Source: Phoronis australis
Lineage: Eukaryota > Animalia > Phoronida
NCBI GenBank assembly: GCA_002633005.1
Contig: NMRA01000193.1
Span: forward strand, 493,527 to 557,526
Reading direction: 5' to 3'
DNA: 64,000 bases
The position numbers and the translations under genes are program-made. Numbering within the stretch: position 1 is the first letter of the stretch; each line of letters starts with the position of its first letter. Below, piece by piece: positions 50,401-63,971 of this stretch. The notes beneath the pieces were generated by a model that was not told where the DNA came from, ran no database searches, and saw only the letters and a list, made by a program, of their open reading frames with translations.

Positions 50401-51320
50401 AACAGTCAGAGAAATATTAGCAAATTATAAAAGAAAACACAAGACAAAACTACATTAGTAAGGAAGAACATACTTGACGTTTCATTCTCATGCTTATACG
50501 TAGAAAATAATAATCTTTGTGTCCAAGTCTTATTTAAGATCTGAATTAAAATATGTGAAACAGGCTAAAAGGGAATTAACAATGTGTATTTTTCACGACA
50601 CCTAAAATGTGATTCTGACCTCAAGCAAAATTCATTCTAGGTGTCAATTTTTATTCCAATGCAATGTCACGACGTTTACTGAGTAGTTTTTTCATGTTAA
50701 TTCGGTAACTAATGTGGTAGTCCTGGGAGTAGGGTCCGTAATAAAATAAGGAAACTCACTCATCTAGACAGTTTTATTGGTTATAGCATAGTTTTGAAGC
50801 GAAACTGCTGTGAAAAAGTCACCCATGACTTCTTCAGTCTTACCATACTCCTCTTATATTGTTCGCATTCCCACCCAGGACAACATGTGAATATGTTCTG
50901 CTAGCCTACCCGGCATCCGAGTTCCGGGTGAGTTTTCGAAAAGGAACACTTAGCTCCATTCAATAAACCCGTTATTCAGGGGGGGTTCCTGGTGGGGATA
51001 ACGTCGTCGAAAGATGTCGATAGAAACTTGATTGCTCAAAACTTACCAAGCTAACGTTATGTAGTCTCCCAATGGGGCTTCGGCATCCACACATTTTTTC
51101 TCAGTTGGTAGACCCTTTTGAGCGCAATTCTCCACGAATGTAGTAACCTTAGGTCTTTTGGGAATTTGTGACCCCCTGTCGAAGACTTGCACCAGGGAAA
51201 ATAGCAACAATAAGGCTTAGCGCGACGACGTATTTTGATAACAATTCGTCTTTTTACCAGCTGTTTACATGCAGACATCGACGCATGGGCAATTCAATCA
51301 CCACTAGTACAGCAGCGACA
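47459..51320. mobile_element. Decayed two-ORF ISL2EU-like DNA transposon
   Basis: Left end aatagagggcgtgcgtgtactagtggtga, with a 14-bp inverted match tcaccactagtaca at 51298-51311. Minus-strand THAP remnant (CCYFPWC..HKFPKD..W..ALKR) near the right end; plus-strand SAP-like remnant LREKGASMRGSNHDLIQR|gtaag near the left end. Confidence 0.55.
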
Positions 51321-51369
51321 CCGCGAGGAGAATTCTCTTATCAATAGTGAAAAAAATCAGACAATTTAA

Positions 51370-53042
51370 AGGAGCATGCCGCCCAAAAAACAACCTAATT
51401 TGTATCAATTTAGATCGAGTAGTTCTACTCAATAACGGCACGTTCGGTTGCGTTACCTGACACCTGACGGCAGACGGAGGTGTTGAAATTATCCAATGAC
51501 TTCATCGGTTTCACACGCAGTCTGATCAGCAGTCCACAACACGGGTTACTGGTGTCAGGTTATCGCTTGAAGTCATCGTTTAACACCAATGAATCATAAA
51601 CTTCGATGTAAAACCCTTAAAAATACACCGATTTCTTATAAAAACGTGCTGTTTTATTTCGCTCTTACGGATTTATTGGTATTTGGACACACCGTAACCT
51701 ACAAAGTTCGGCAGGCCAATAAGGTCCGTAGCAGGAGTTTGGGGTCTGATAATTTCGAAGTATTTTCCGTGAGCTACAGACAGGAGAACCTAGATCTGTG
51801 TTGTTTAGACTTGTGATTTTTTGAGTTCTAAACACAAAACACTTGTTAGCCTGACCAGTGGCTCGGAGCCCGATCAGGCCCGTCGCGGCCGGCCGGATTG
51901 ACTCGTTATCCCCGGCCGGCCAGTGGCTCGGAAACTGATCAGACATCACGAACATAAACCAGCCAAAGTTCAGTGGAAACTAAACTTCCAGTCAAGAAAA
52001 TACTATACTAGTGAGCCAAAGTAATGTGCACCTGATTATGTTGGTGAATTAGCCACGAAACTGCAAATCTACTTAATCGTCGAGGGCCGCGAATTCAGGT
52101 TCCGATTTGGCCACCGAGCAGCACCATCAGGGCAGAAGTTGTACATTGGCACTCATTATTTGATTAATGTAAATGTAAATAAAGATTCCCGTAACACCTG
52201 GCCGTGGGATGGAAATCGAGTTGTTTCACAACAGTTTCTGCCAGCAATAACTAAATTAGCATGAGCTCACACGGCCTTGGTGTCCCGTCAATTAGTTTTA
52301 TTGCGCCTAAAGCCAGTAACGCAGTGATTTATTCATTGCTGGCTTCTCAAATCATTTGCACTCACGAACACTCCAAAGGCATTACAAATTGCATCTAATG
52401 AGACAGAATTTGTTTCAGTTATATATTGGTTAGGGTGAGAATAATTCATTTTGAAACAGAACGCTCAGTAATAAACGCCAACATGGCAACTCGCAATCCC
52501 GACTTAGGACGAGCTAGAGCTCATCAGTCCCGACTTCGCAGGTGGATCGTTAAGTTTTACAGGCTATCAATTCGAACAGGAATACAGTGATGAAGAAATA
52601 CTAGAGAGGCGCCGTGAACAAGCTCAAACAACGGAACGTATGGAGTTATTTGGTAAGCCGGCATTCGTCAGGCAATGTCGAAGTCTGCAGGCCACAGACA
52701 CGGAGATGTTTCACGGCCTCATACTTGCTATTTACAGCGTACATTTCATTCTTCACTACCATGAGCCACTTCCTAAGCATTTCGGACTCTCGCGGAAGTA
52801 AAAAAACGATATACCCGCTTTCCTCGCAGCTGCTTAGTTCGGACAAGCGGGAACGATGCACCGCAACATAGCGGCATTCACTCTGCATATGAACCACTGA
52901 CGTCGCTAGCGTCGTTTCTCACCTTCCTCACAGGTTAACGCGACACCTCTTGGCAAGGTAAGGTCGACCGTATGCGAGGCGATGTGGATATAGACCGATT
53001 AAGACGGCAAAAAAGACTAATTAAATCGGGTGGCATTCTCCT
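51370..53042 (+). mobile_element. Complete non-autonomous Kolobok-like element (TTAA TSD) with KolX/P2X7-ballast-like remnant
   Basis: TTAA|aggagcatgccgccc ... gggtggcattctcct|TTAA; internal GYQFEQEYSDEEI peptide at ~52562. Confidence 0.8.
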
Positions 53043-56000
53043 TTAATACTGACTCGCTATGAGAGAAAACCGCGACTTGGTTATGTGGGTTACTATGGTT
53101 TTTCTGTAAAATAAGATGATGGCAATTGACGAATCTCTCGCAAATAAATTCATGCGTGATATGGAGCAAAATGCGTGCACCAAAAGTAGATTGAGTTTTG
53201 GGAAAAGAACTTGAGTTTTGATGAGATTTCACGGCATATTTTTACACTCTTAAGTGGCATTTTAAACATGTTTTGTCCAGCTGACTTGGTTGTCTAAGTG
53301 CATTCCGAGAAATTTGTAGCTTATTGGTTTTTGTAAAATGAAAATTTTATCATGTATTAATTTGTAATGTTTTGTGGAAGACTGAAAAGCATGTACAGTT
53401 TGGTCTTGGAAGAGTTTGAGTCTAGTTTGCGGTCTACTTGTCAGTTATTAGAAGTGAGAGAAAAATTATTAGTGATTAAAATTTGTTTTTCTTGAGTGTT
53501 CAAAGGTGCTCTGAGAGGAGATGTATCGTCAGCGTTCATAAGAACATCCATAATCATTCACAAATACATTTAGTAAGAACAGTAACAGGCCTAACTTAGA
53601 GTCTTGAAGCACACCCGTTGGTATTTGAAGGAGAGATGGGTTGTGATTATCGCAACAAAAATAATTATGTTGGCTACCGAATAGGGGCAACCTGACGTGT
53701 GTTCAGTAACGCTAGGACCTAGCTAAAATCTAGCTAAAGTCACGTGTTCTCAATTAAAATACACGGCAATATCTCACGTAATCTCACGAAGTCTTTTTAG
53801 CGAGGCCCTCGATTTGAAAACTGTGGCGGCCGGAAACAGGGAATTTGCTGTGATCTGGAGGGGGGGGGGTTGAAAGTTGTGGCGATTCGTGAGGTGTAGC
53901 TGACAGTTGTTGTGAATGCTAAGCGCAAAAATTGAGACGACTTGGTGCAGCTCAATTTTTTGGAGCCTCAGACTTTGTTGCTGGTGCTGGCCAGTCATTA
54001 TACATAGATCACAATGGTGAAAATTAGTTGATTCACAAATAGCTTCAGAGAATTTATGACATAGAGAATACCACCCTTCACTAGTTCGTCACATGTGTAC
54101 ATATTAAAACTGTAGTGACCCTTTGGTGTTGATTCCTTTGTGCCTACAAGTACACTGAAACCACACAATGAGGTAGCACGTTTTTTATAAAATGCCCGTT
54201 TTATTGTGAGCTGTGGATTCTCTCTTACAAGGGGATCCAGTAAAAATATGCTGACCACCTCCTGTGACGATTTCCTGTTCCAGGTATGGCTTCGAATATT
54301 GATCTCCCTGTATTATACATTGACAAATTTTGGTAATCTGCATCCGTAACATTGACTAAGAACAGATTGAAAACACTGTTGTCACACAGTCAGTGCAGAA
54401 TGGCATTTTATTTAAGTAATGGCTTTGTAGTTATTCACTCATGGGATTTTATCAATAATTTAATATTTCCTTGGGTATCATTTTTCATCAACCAGAAGAC
54501 GTTGCATTTGTCTGAATTTGGTTTCACGTAGGCACATCCCTATCCGTTTCGGTGAGAGCAGGTCTAAGTGTAGTTTGCTGAGATTGTTCTTATTTGCGAG
54601 TTCTCTGATGGGTCGCCGTCTCCTTTAACTGGCTTGGAATTCATTCAGATGGGAGATGAATTTCAATTACCTGTTAGTAATTGCATTTTTCACTTGTCAT
54701 ATTTTCTGATGTCATTGGCCATTTTCTCACAGCAGTTGTTTTTGTGCCTTTCGCACTTTCACAATTCGGGGAAGCACGATAAACAATCAATAACATCTGA
54801 CGTTTGTGGCTAAGCTGTTATGCGAAGAAAGAGATCTACGAGGGCCACTGACAGTGGAACAGCAGTGAAGTTAAAGGAGAATGCAATCTTTTTCATATCA
54901 TGTTTGATGATAATGCAGATCTTTAATTATCCCAGACATGTGTTTCAGTTAATTTTATTAATTAGTCGTCCCACAATCCGGAATTGACGTTTAGGGGGTT
55001 AATAATTTCCCACCATTTTGTTTCTGTGTTCCAGTTTACTGTGAGGATCTGTTCCACTGTTGATTTCTTGCTGATTTCCTAAAATTGTCATCACCACTTC
55101 CCATTGACGAGTACTCTACGACATCCTAGAGACTCATTGCCAATCATGCCAGTTTGATCACTATCACTGTCTATCACTTGCATCTTCACCACTCGAATCG
55201 GGAAGTGGGTAGTTCTCATCTCCAACGCTATCGTCATCTGCATCACAATACGATAACCTGTCTACATCAATGTTGTATGGAATATTCTCAACAACACTAT
55301 CACTGAGACTTTGAATGACCTCTGCAAGTGTTTGAGATCTCCAAAAAATGAAAATAAGGAATACATCACACGAATTACTGATATTATACGAATACATAAA
55401 TTATCCAGCAACGACATGTGTCTCCTAACTCATAATGGTCACTTGAGTAATCAAAGTGACAGGACTCATGATGGTTACTTTGGTAACCCAAGTCTAAAAC
55501 AAGGCCTTACAATATACTGATTGACATATTCTCAAGGATAGTGTTTCCCCTTTGTTCTCTACATTCTACTGAATATTCACTACCATGTAATAAACGGTGG
55601 TTGAACAATTTATGAAAAATATTTGATATTTTAGTCCACTTTATTCACTCCTACCTTTTCCTCATGGAGGTAGAAATTTTGCTGTTCTTCAGTGATGCTA
55701 CGGTGACATCTAGTGGCAGATTGGGTAAGTACATAAGGTAACTTGAGAGTCCAACATAAATTCAAGGTTTTTGCGCGAATGCTGCTGACAGGGGGTCCAG
55801 ATAATTTGGTTACCCTTCTGCAACATAGGGTTCTCGTGTTTGTTTAATTAATGACGAGACATGGCACGAGACCTCACACAAATGATTTTGCGTTTCTCGT
55901 AGTCTGATATGGATTCCATTTCTTGTAAGACCACCCGTCATTAGACAATCAGCAGAGTGACACAGTTCTGTTGGAAGTGACGAATTATTCATTAAGCTAA

Positions 56001-57184
56001 AAAACCTACAACTTGGGCCCCGCACAAAACCTGCGCCATGTCGTCACAACAATCTGTCATCAGTTTTTCACAAGGGTGACTACGGGGCAATGGCTTGAAA
56101 CCCATGGTGAAAGGGGAATATAACTGGAAAATTGACGTGACGGGGAAGGGGAATTGTGGTGAGCATGAGGGGAAAAGCTCGAAAAGGAGTTGTGTCAAAG
56201 CAACTGGGTGACAGTCTTTACGAAGTGCAACGCCTTTTTGGGTCTAAACAGAGTGTATCTCCGCGAGCCAACTGAATACCCCACCATCTGTATCTGGCAT
56301 AGAACTCAAGGACTGAAATGCCAACTCCGACCTTGCAGCTGCTGACAGCATGCATGACAGTTGTTTGTATTCGCATGGTACGGTGCGTGTGTACTTGCTA
56401 TGGAAGTTACAGTCATTAAAACTTTTCACAATTTCTCCGTTTTTCAACCGAATTGAATAAGAGCCATATCATTAGAAAACACTTTGTCCGTTCTTGACGG
56501 TTGTGCCAGAAGCAAAAGATAAATAATTTAATTCATAAGGAATTATCATTTCGCATACCTGACTGGTTTAAATATATTTTGTAATTCTAAAAAAGAGCAT
56601 GGCCAAAATGCAAAAATAAGAGCTTGCAATACAATAACATTCTTCAGTAAAAATCCAGAATGCAGTGACATTTACGAATAGAGGAAAAATGGGCTAAAAT
56701 CTATCACGAAGATTTGAAATGTACTGTGGATAGTTCGTCACATTGGTTGCAGTGTAGGACTTTCAATGAAAGTTCACAAGTAATTTCTTCAAAAAGTAAA
56801 AGTTAGTGACCCTGATACATGTTTGTTGCTGTAAGCAGGAGACATTGGTACAAATTTTACGATTGTTATGTTACTAAAGAAAGTGAGCTCTGGAAAATAA
56901 CAATATTCATGAAAAGATACAATGTTATTTTGAACACCAGAAACATAGTTGTCACGGTCAACATTCGAAAAAATGGAACAACTGGAATAAAAAGCGGAAC
57001 ATCTGGGTATAAGCCATACCGTTTCGGTGAGATGTTCGCTGCAACACACAAAGACGTAGCGACAGCGTGTTTTGCCGAACAGGAGATGTAACACCCAAAA
57101 ATGTCCGGCAACGTTTTTCTTATTGTTTTTTTATTGAATGGGAAATTGCGGGTGCCGCAAACACCCAGGAAACGTCACTTTTTT

Positions 57185-57670
57185 CTTTTTATACGCCCAC
57201 ATATTTATATGTGGACGCATTATGCCGTCATCTCCGTCCGTTCGTCCGTCCGTCCTTCCATCCGGGCGGCGTCCGGCGTCCGCTGCTCTATCTCCAAAAC
57301 CCTTTGACATACGTTCATGAAATTTGGCATGTATGTTCCATTCATAAATGGGACGGCATGAGCAAACATTCGGACGGATCCGACTACCGGTGTGCCCCTA
57401 GTGGCAATTTTAGTTATTTACGCTTACCTTTGTATCTTCAAAAGTCCTGAATGGATTTTCATGAAATTTGGTATGTAGGCACCTATTAGTGAGATGACGC
57501 TATCCTCCCGTTTTCAGATGGATTCAAAGTAGTTTGCGCCACCTAGTGGCCATTTTTACCGTTTTCGAGTCTGTTTTTTGCGTCCACCCCTCTATCAACC
57601 AAACCGCTCAAAGAATGATTGTGAAAATTGGCATTTATGTGTTTACTATGAAGAGGACGGTGAAACATCT
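57185..57670 (+). mobile_element. Helentron-associated (HINE/DINE-1-like) element
   Basis: T-rich 5' end, small palindrome cccacatatttatatgtgg, (GTCC)n microsatellite, then ~150-bp tandem units containing gaaatttggcatg and gcc.c.tagtggc. Confidence 0.7.
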
Positions 57671-59002
57671 CCGATTTCTGGCTTACCAAAGAACTATCCA
57701 TACGTTCCGTGCGTGGCATGTTCACGGCGCCTCTCTTTATTTCTTGATCAGTGTATTCCGGTTCCAACTGATAGCCAGTGAAACCTAACGATCCGACCCG
57801 TGAAGTCTTCCTCGGATGAGCTCTTGACTAAGTCGGGATTGGCGCCGGCGAGTTGTCATGTAGACGTTTATTATTCTGCGTTCTGTTTCAAAATGAATTA
57901 TTCTCATCCTAACCAATGTTTATATAAAGCTTAAACAAAGTCTGTCTCATTAGATACAATTTGTAATGCCTTTGTTGTATTCGTGAGTGCAAATGAATAA
58001 ACCACTGCATAACCGGCTTTTGATGCTGGCAATAAAGATAATTGACCGGCCACGGAGGCCGTGTGAGCGCATGCTAATTCAGTGTTTGCTGACAGAAAGC
58101 TGTTCCGAAACAATTACTCGATTTTGTATGCTATGGATACATGTTAGGGGAATCTTTATTTAGAAATACAAATGCATTATTCAAATCATTGTTACTGTAC
58201 AACCTTTGCCCTGACGGTCTGTGGAAGGGGAACCCGACTTCGTGGCCCCCGACAAATAAGTAGATTTTCAGTTTCGTGGCTAATTAAGAATACATAAATA
58301 ATTACGTGCACATTATTTCTTTGGCTCACTATTATAAATTTATAGTCTTTTCGTGACTGGAGGTTTAGTTTTCAACTCGAGCTGGTTTATGTTCGTGGCA
58401 GTCCCGGCGGACGCGACGGGCTTGTTTGGGTTCCGAGCCATTGGCCGGGATAGCGAGTCAGTCCGGACGCGACTGGCCTGATCGGGTTCCAAGCTACTGG
58501 CCGGGATAACAAGCGTTTTGTGTGTTTAGAACTCAAAAACTCACAAGACTAAACAACACAGATCTAGGTTCTCCTGTCTGTATTTCACGGAAGAATACTT
58601 CGAATTCATCTCCGAACAGACCCGAAACTCCTGCTATGGACATTGGTAAATTAGCCTGCCGAACTTTGTTGGCTACGGTGTGTCTAAATACCAATAAATC
58701 CGTTACAGCGAAATAAAACAACACGTTTTGATGAGAACTCGGTGCATTTTTAAGGGTTTTACTTCCGAGTTTGATGATTTATTGGTGTTAAACGATAGAT
58801 TCAAGCGATAAGCTGACACAAGTAACCCGTGTTGTGAACTGCTGGACAGATTGCGTGTAAAACCAATGACGTCATTGGATAATTTTAACACCTCCGTCTG
58901 CCGTCAGGTGTCAGGTAACGTAACCGAACGTGTCGTTATAGAGTAGAACTACTCGATCTAAATTGACACAAAATAGGTTGTTTTTTTGGGTGGTATTCTC
59001 CT
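57650..59002 (-). mobile_element. Second, inverted, truncated copy of the Kolobok-like element at 51370
   Basis: Reverse complement is colinear with ~51370-52720, including the TIR (gggtggtattctcct) and GYQLEPEYTDQEI. Confidence 0.85.
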
Positions 59003-60729
59003 TCAACAGCAATCCTTGCTGCTCAAGACTGGTTTCTTTCAGATTGCTCGCATTATCTCGGATACACTTGTCAGCAAGAGATACACTCTTTCATATTGCT
59101 ACGAAAAGGTGGCACTGTGGAATGTTGTTGATCATGGCTTCTCATTGGAAACCGACGTCATAACATTCAGTCATTCCCATTGGTTGAAGTCTGTGAAACC
59201 TCTTCAGTTTACTGTTACGAATTGTGGACACCATCTTTGACATGAATAGTTGAACTTATTAAAACCTGCAGTGATCGAAGTAAACAAAATCAAGAGATCC
59301 ACGATACCGTGGCGAAGCCCAAACAAGAACAGTGCATTGAAGGCTCGTGCAAGTTCTGTGACGATGTGATCGATAGACTTCCGACCAAGCATGCGCACTG
59401 ATGCCCGCACTCGGAATTCCGTGTGTCGTTCATCATGTTTCCGCAGGGCCACTTTTCAGAGGGTAAGCAAGTGCGAGGTTGGACCGGAAATTCACCTGCG
59501 TGAATCATAATGTATTACCGCACAACATATCAAACATTTATTTTGAGTTCGCAAAATACTAAAACAGAAAATTGAAAAGTTATTCCGAGTTCGATTTTGA
59601 GTACGATGATTAGACACCGGTAATGAATGTGCGATTGCCTTATGCAGCTAATTGCGAGTAATACTTATTGTATGGTAACGGTCCCAATGAAGGTTCGCGT
59701 ACCCCAGCTAAGGCAGTTGGGAGAGGAATGTCCCAATGCCGCCCTGGAGCATCCGACGAAACGTCCATGAATAACTGCTCAGGTTTTATAAGTAAGTGGC
59801 GGTGGCGTCGGTAACTACGTGGTAACGGAACTAGCAATCACGGATGTGTCACCGTGGTGTCAACCGAGGGCCAGATAGGGTCTGAACTTGGAAAGGTTTG
59901 GGTAGGCATTGCTTTCTTCCACCCCAGGTGATTACGACCGTAGATTAAAGGAGCTCTTAACAGATACTATAATCCTTAAGTGTGAATTATCAAGCCGTCA
60001 TTGTTCATAATGTTTTTGCTGAAAAGTGAAGTTGAGCTAAAAACATCAGCCAAAAACCTGTAATACTGAGAACAAAACATGGGCAACCTCTGTCCCGAAC
60101 ATGGCACACGATGTTCTAGCCGAGAGATGACCCATACAGCTAGATTCATATTGGCCAGAACAAGCGTGAATTCCGTAAACTCAGTAGATTTGAGAACCTA
60201 AAACGAACGCAAGATTTCGCGAGATTTCGCCAGGTATTACAAGCAAGGTACCAAAGCGTCAAGATGGTGCTGATCGGTTTAGCCATTTGATGAATTTTAG
60301 GTATGAATTCGAGGGCCGTGTATAAATTATGTTGCGTCTTGGGCGCGTAAAATATTGCCTAACGGCCTATTGTATGGCGTGTGTGATCAGTGTAAAGTGT
60401 CATGTAAGGACGACACTACCAGATATAACTACTTTGGCGCATTTTAACGTGTTCTCCAATGCGATTTAAAAATTAGTTGAGTTGTCACCAATCCAAGCGC
60501 TGCCATCAAAAATTACCGTCAACACTAACACCTATTCAGTCCCTGAAGATTGCACCTTTGTCTATCTTATCGATAATGAAATCAGACCACACATTAGCCG
60601 TACTTTGTTTTGTGAGAAATCATGAACTAATTAGACCCCAAACTGTGGAATACCATATTTCTGTGGAACAAGAATTGTTCATTTTTGCCCATGCACGAAT
60701 GAGACGTCATTGAATACTGGACAACTTAC

Positions 60730-63306
60730 CTCGCCTATTAATCCGATGTAGATTAAGAGATCAGATTTCTGAAAAGTTGTGTTTATCCAATATGTTGCTA
60801 GCATTTGCTTCAAAAACACGAGTTCTTTTTCATCAGCTATGCTGACTAAATGGGCACCGTCCTTTTCACATTGCATCCTTGCGTAATTCCATGTAGCAGG
60901 CACACCCAATTCAAAGTGACGTAATGAGTAACATTTACCGTTGGTTTGAAAATAGTTTCCACGTGGACATTTTGTACCCATGCGCTTGAAAGATGGTGCC
61001 TCTATCTTAATGAGTTCGAATTCAAGAGTAAACAAATATTCGCGTTCAACTGTGATTTCCACATGGTCACTACCCACGCTATATACAATGTATTGTCCAC
61101 CGAATTCTCTGTCTATCGAGTACAAGTGTTCTGAGTATTGTCCTCCGCACGCCTTAGCAAAGACTCGTTCTTTCACAGACGGATACACGATGTTTACATT
61201 ATTAGCTGTGAAACGCAACCGGTAATGAAAGAACTTGCGATTTAATCCACAACCTTGCGACTTCCATCGCAATATTAGTCGACATGTGCCTGTGAAGGTA
61301 TTGTAGTGCTCGAGATGCGAAAAACGACCACATGTTTGAGATGACATACGAGTGTTTTCACTGCAAAAATGATCAGTGCACTGCTCAGGGAGAGGATTGA
61401 TAACATTTTGAACCTTAAAAGCCAGTTGGGTTGCGTATTCGTTTCCTGGACACGAGAATATAAGCTCTGGAACCCTTTTCAGTTTCTTGTAGTCACAAAC
61501 TGGCAAGTGGGGAGGTGGCTGTGAATAAAATCGAAAGCAACCTGTCTTAAGCGGACACACGGTCCCCGTGGATAACTGGTCGATTAGTTCTACTTGTGAC
61601 GACTTATTCAAATTTACAATAGGAAAGGATATTTGGATGCTCGCATTGCCGCTCTTCTGCGGGAAGTCAAGTAAAACGATGCAAGGACGACGAGACACAT
61701 CGACACCGCTGAAGGAATCGGAATACACAGGAATGCAATCTGTTTCAGACACAAATGCGTTGATGCTAGTAACTTTGGCAGTTTTCCCACGTACGTAGAA
61801 TACAACAGTCATGAATTCTTGAGTGCTGAATATCGTAGTTGGGTCAGAAGATCTGCAAAATGGACCTCGCAGCTTATATTTGGCATTAGGAGCGTCGCCG
61901 TCATAAACGGCGTACCCAAGAGACTCGCAATCATTGTCAACATATGTCATCTTGTCAATCTTGAGCTTGACGAAGTTATGCTTGTTTGACGCGCGGAATA
62001 CCCAAACGCAGTTTACAGCCTGTTTTGTTCCGGCAAGAGCTACTTTAGTATTACCAAATGTAACCACGACTTGCCTGTTACGAGGGTTTTTGCACTCCTC
62101 AAACACCCTGTCTATGTGATAAAGTGATTTGTAGGTAATGTTGATGGAAACACGAACACCAGCTGAGAAAGACAGATGTACGGTTAAGAAAGAGGTTCTG
62201 AAATTCTGACGTCCAGTAGGAACACTGACACTTGATGACACGTTCTTTTTCTTCTCTGAATAGGCACCTTCATAAATGTTTAGCTGGTATTTTTTTTCAT
62301 CGCCTTCTCTTTGAAATTGAGAAGGTGCTGACAAGTTCCAATTCAAAGCGACATCGTGTCCAATGGGAACAGATATTTCCCATACAAAAATTCGTTGATC
62401 GTTAAGCTGGAAAGAGGGGGAGCAGCTAAGTCCAGTGATACAATTGATGATTCCTTCACTTTGAATTGGAAGCCTGATTACTCCCTGAATCGTTTTGGGA
62501 ATGGTACTTTGATTGGCGGTGTTATACAGCAATTCAAACCCTCTAGCAGTCATGCTATTGTCACTTTGAAACATCACTAACACCCGATCTGAATTTGGAT
62601 AAACCAGGACATCCGTATGGAGTCCACAGTATCTACCTAAGACAGTACTGTTTTTGTACGGTCCATCATAAATTAGAAGCCTGTCGTACTCGCAATTTGC
62701 TCCGGAATATTCCAGTTCCACGTACTTTAGAATTATCACCATTCTTTGTCCTCTTTCTACTGACAACTGAGCACTGCAATAAGCGAAATTGGTGTATGTT
62801 GGTTTGTTGATAGTTTTGAACGCTCCAGAATTCCCCGTCTTAGTGTGGGCACAGTAGGTAACTGAGGTAAGACCGAAAACGTAACGATACTTCAGAAACA
62901 ATTTCGCTTGTGCAGACCCAAGGTGTCGGAATGTAATTTTCAAAACCCTTGCATCTATCATCCATACTCGCTCTTTCAGCTGTTCATGACATCCACATAA
63001 TACGTACTCTCGTTTTGTTTTCAAAGGAGCAGAGAACGTCATAAAACGAGCTTTAGGGCTCACCATAAACGAACGAATTTTTATATAAGTCCCCGTGATT
63101 GAGTTGCAAGAATTATTTTTCGACACAAAAAATTCAACAAAGCTCAACTCTATTCTATAAGGAAGTTGTGACGATGGCCACCCCAACGTCCAATCAAGCT
63201 GATCTCCTTGTAACGTTTGGTTATATGCTGCACCGGCGAAAATAACTTCACACGTTGTGCTTCGCATAAACATCAATAAAAGTTGAAACTGGACAATTGG
63301 TTTCAT
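60730..63306 (-). CDS. GRL101-like GPCR paralog B, coding exon 1: signal peptide, CUB-like domains, first half of CTLD
   Basis: tttcag acceptor at 63349-63348; MKPIVQFQLLLMFMRSTTC; canonical CUB (CEYDRLLIYDG..LGRYCG..VMFQSDNSMTARGFELLY); CTLD start; donor gag|gtaagt, phase 0. Colinear with paralog A exon 1. Confidence 0.87.
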
Positions 63307-63971
63307 GACTCCCCCGTAGTCGTTGCGCAGTCGTTCCAGATTAAATTCTGAAAGATAAAGTTACACATGAAAACTGAGGCATTGGTACATTGAACGTCCA
63401 CGCTACGAGGTCAAACATTGACCTTACAGGGCTCAGATAGGCAAAAATGACAAGACACGTACATTAGTCAAAACGTACATTTCTGACAGATGTCCGTTAT
63501 GCTACATCAACATCGAAATTGTGCACACAAATGATAATTCAAGAAATCCGTTTTCACAAAGTATAGTAACGTTTCATTAAGCACTTACACTCATTTTAGC
63601 CACGTATTCAAATTTTAATGTTCTAAACAGATATGACACCATTGTTTCTCAAGTTACGCACTAACGAGTGAAGTTTAATCTACACGACAGATTTAGGAGT
63701 AAGTCTCCCTACAAGGACAACCATGACTACGATGTGGTTTGTAGCAGCTGCGCTGTTTCTATTCGTCAGACAACTGTAATTGGGTCCCTTAATTTACCAC
63801 ACCATAAATCTGCATATAGCACTGAAAGCAGGCCACGACATTAAAGGGCTCAAGTAAGAATACAACCCATATTTGTCGACATGTTCCTTTACAGGTAATA
63901 CAAAAACAGGAGTTGGATTGACCTGAGACGTTACTCCTTCAGCAAAGGAGCTATTCGACAATCTTTACTTC

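Noticed and set aside
54875-54890. ttaa|aggagaatgc as the missing other end of the 57650-59002 Kolobok copy
   Set aside because: Only 10 bp match the family terminus and the following sequence differs; probably another subfamily.
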